Positions 14,193-14,209 of a DNA stretch of 14,209 bases are shown here, piece after piece; within the stretch, counting starts at the first letter, position 1; the number at the start of each line of letters is the position of its first letter. Origin of the DNA: an uncultured Planctomycetales bacterium (GTDB taxonomy: Bacteria > Planctomycetota > Phycisphaerae > SM23-33); NCBI GenBank assembly GCA_965602635.1, contig CBFCZU010000105.1:1-14209 (forward strand), given 5' to 3'. The notes under the pieces are model-generated. The model searched no databases and had not been told where the DNA came from. It saw nothing but the letters and a program-made list of their open reading frames with translations. Position numbers and translations under genes: made by a program.

Positions 14193-14209
14193 CCGCGGGG
14201 GCTTCGACG

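Noticed and set aside
1-14209. Mobile elements, integrases, tRNA/rRNA genes, toxin-antitoxin pairs, restriction or defence-type gene clusters
   Set aside because: There are no transposase or integrase-like ORFs, no terminal inverted repeats flanking a segment, no cloverleaf-compatible tRNA-like stretches and no nuclease, ATPase or methylase motifs in any frame.

Overview
This is a high-GC window (roughly two thirds G+C by eye). I can support ten protein-coding genes: nine on the + strand and one on the - strand. I found no rRNA, tRNA, CRISPR array, transposase or IS-type element. The gene order is as follows. (1) A small HTH (Cro/CII-like) regulator. (2)-(3) A translationally coupled NfeD/YqiJ-like membrane protein plus an SPFH/flotillin (YqiK/FloT-like) pair. 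(4) purN. (5) On the opposite strand, a signal-peptide-bearing protein whose N-terminal domain carries a transglutaminase-like Cys-His-Asp motif arrangement. (6) A DRE-TIM metallolyase of the 2-isopropylmalate/homocitrate/citramalate synthase branch, with an atypical RDGQQ motif. (7) A 1118-aa membrane-anchored protein with beta-rich, coiled-coil and hyperacidic segments and no recognisable family. (8) asd. (9) A secreted 564-aa protein with a helical N-terminal half and a jelly-roll-like C-terminal domain. (10) truA. The signal peptides, the architectures and the lack of U-tract terminators suggest a Planctomycetota-like Gram-negative, but that is inference. Most long ORFs on the non-coding strand or frame are G+C compositional artefacts, with R/G/P/A-rich translations. 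I do not see a clearly defined novel multi-gene system. The most interesting items are the uncharacterised giant envelope protein next to the asd-X-truA block, the secreted transglutaminase-like protein, the divergent DRE-TIM enzyme with its unusual control region, and an 8-mer (TGTTGCAC) that recurs only in intergenic DNA, once as a perfect 13-bp inverted repeat.
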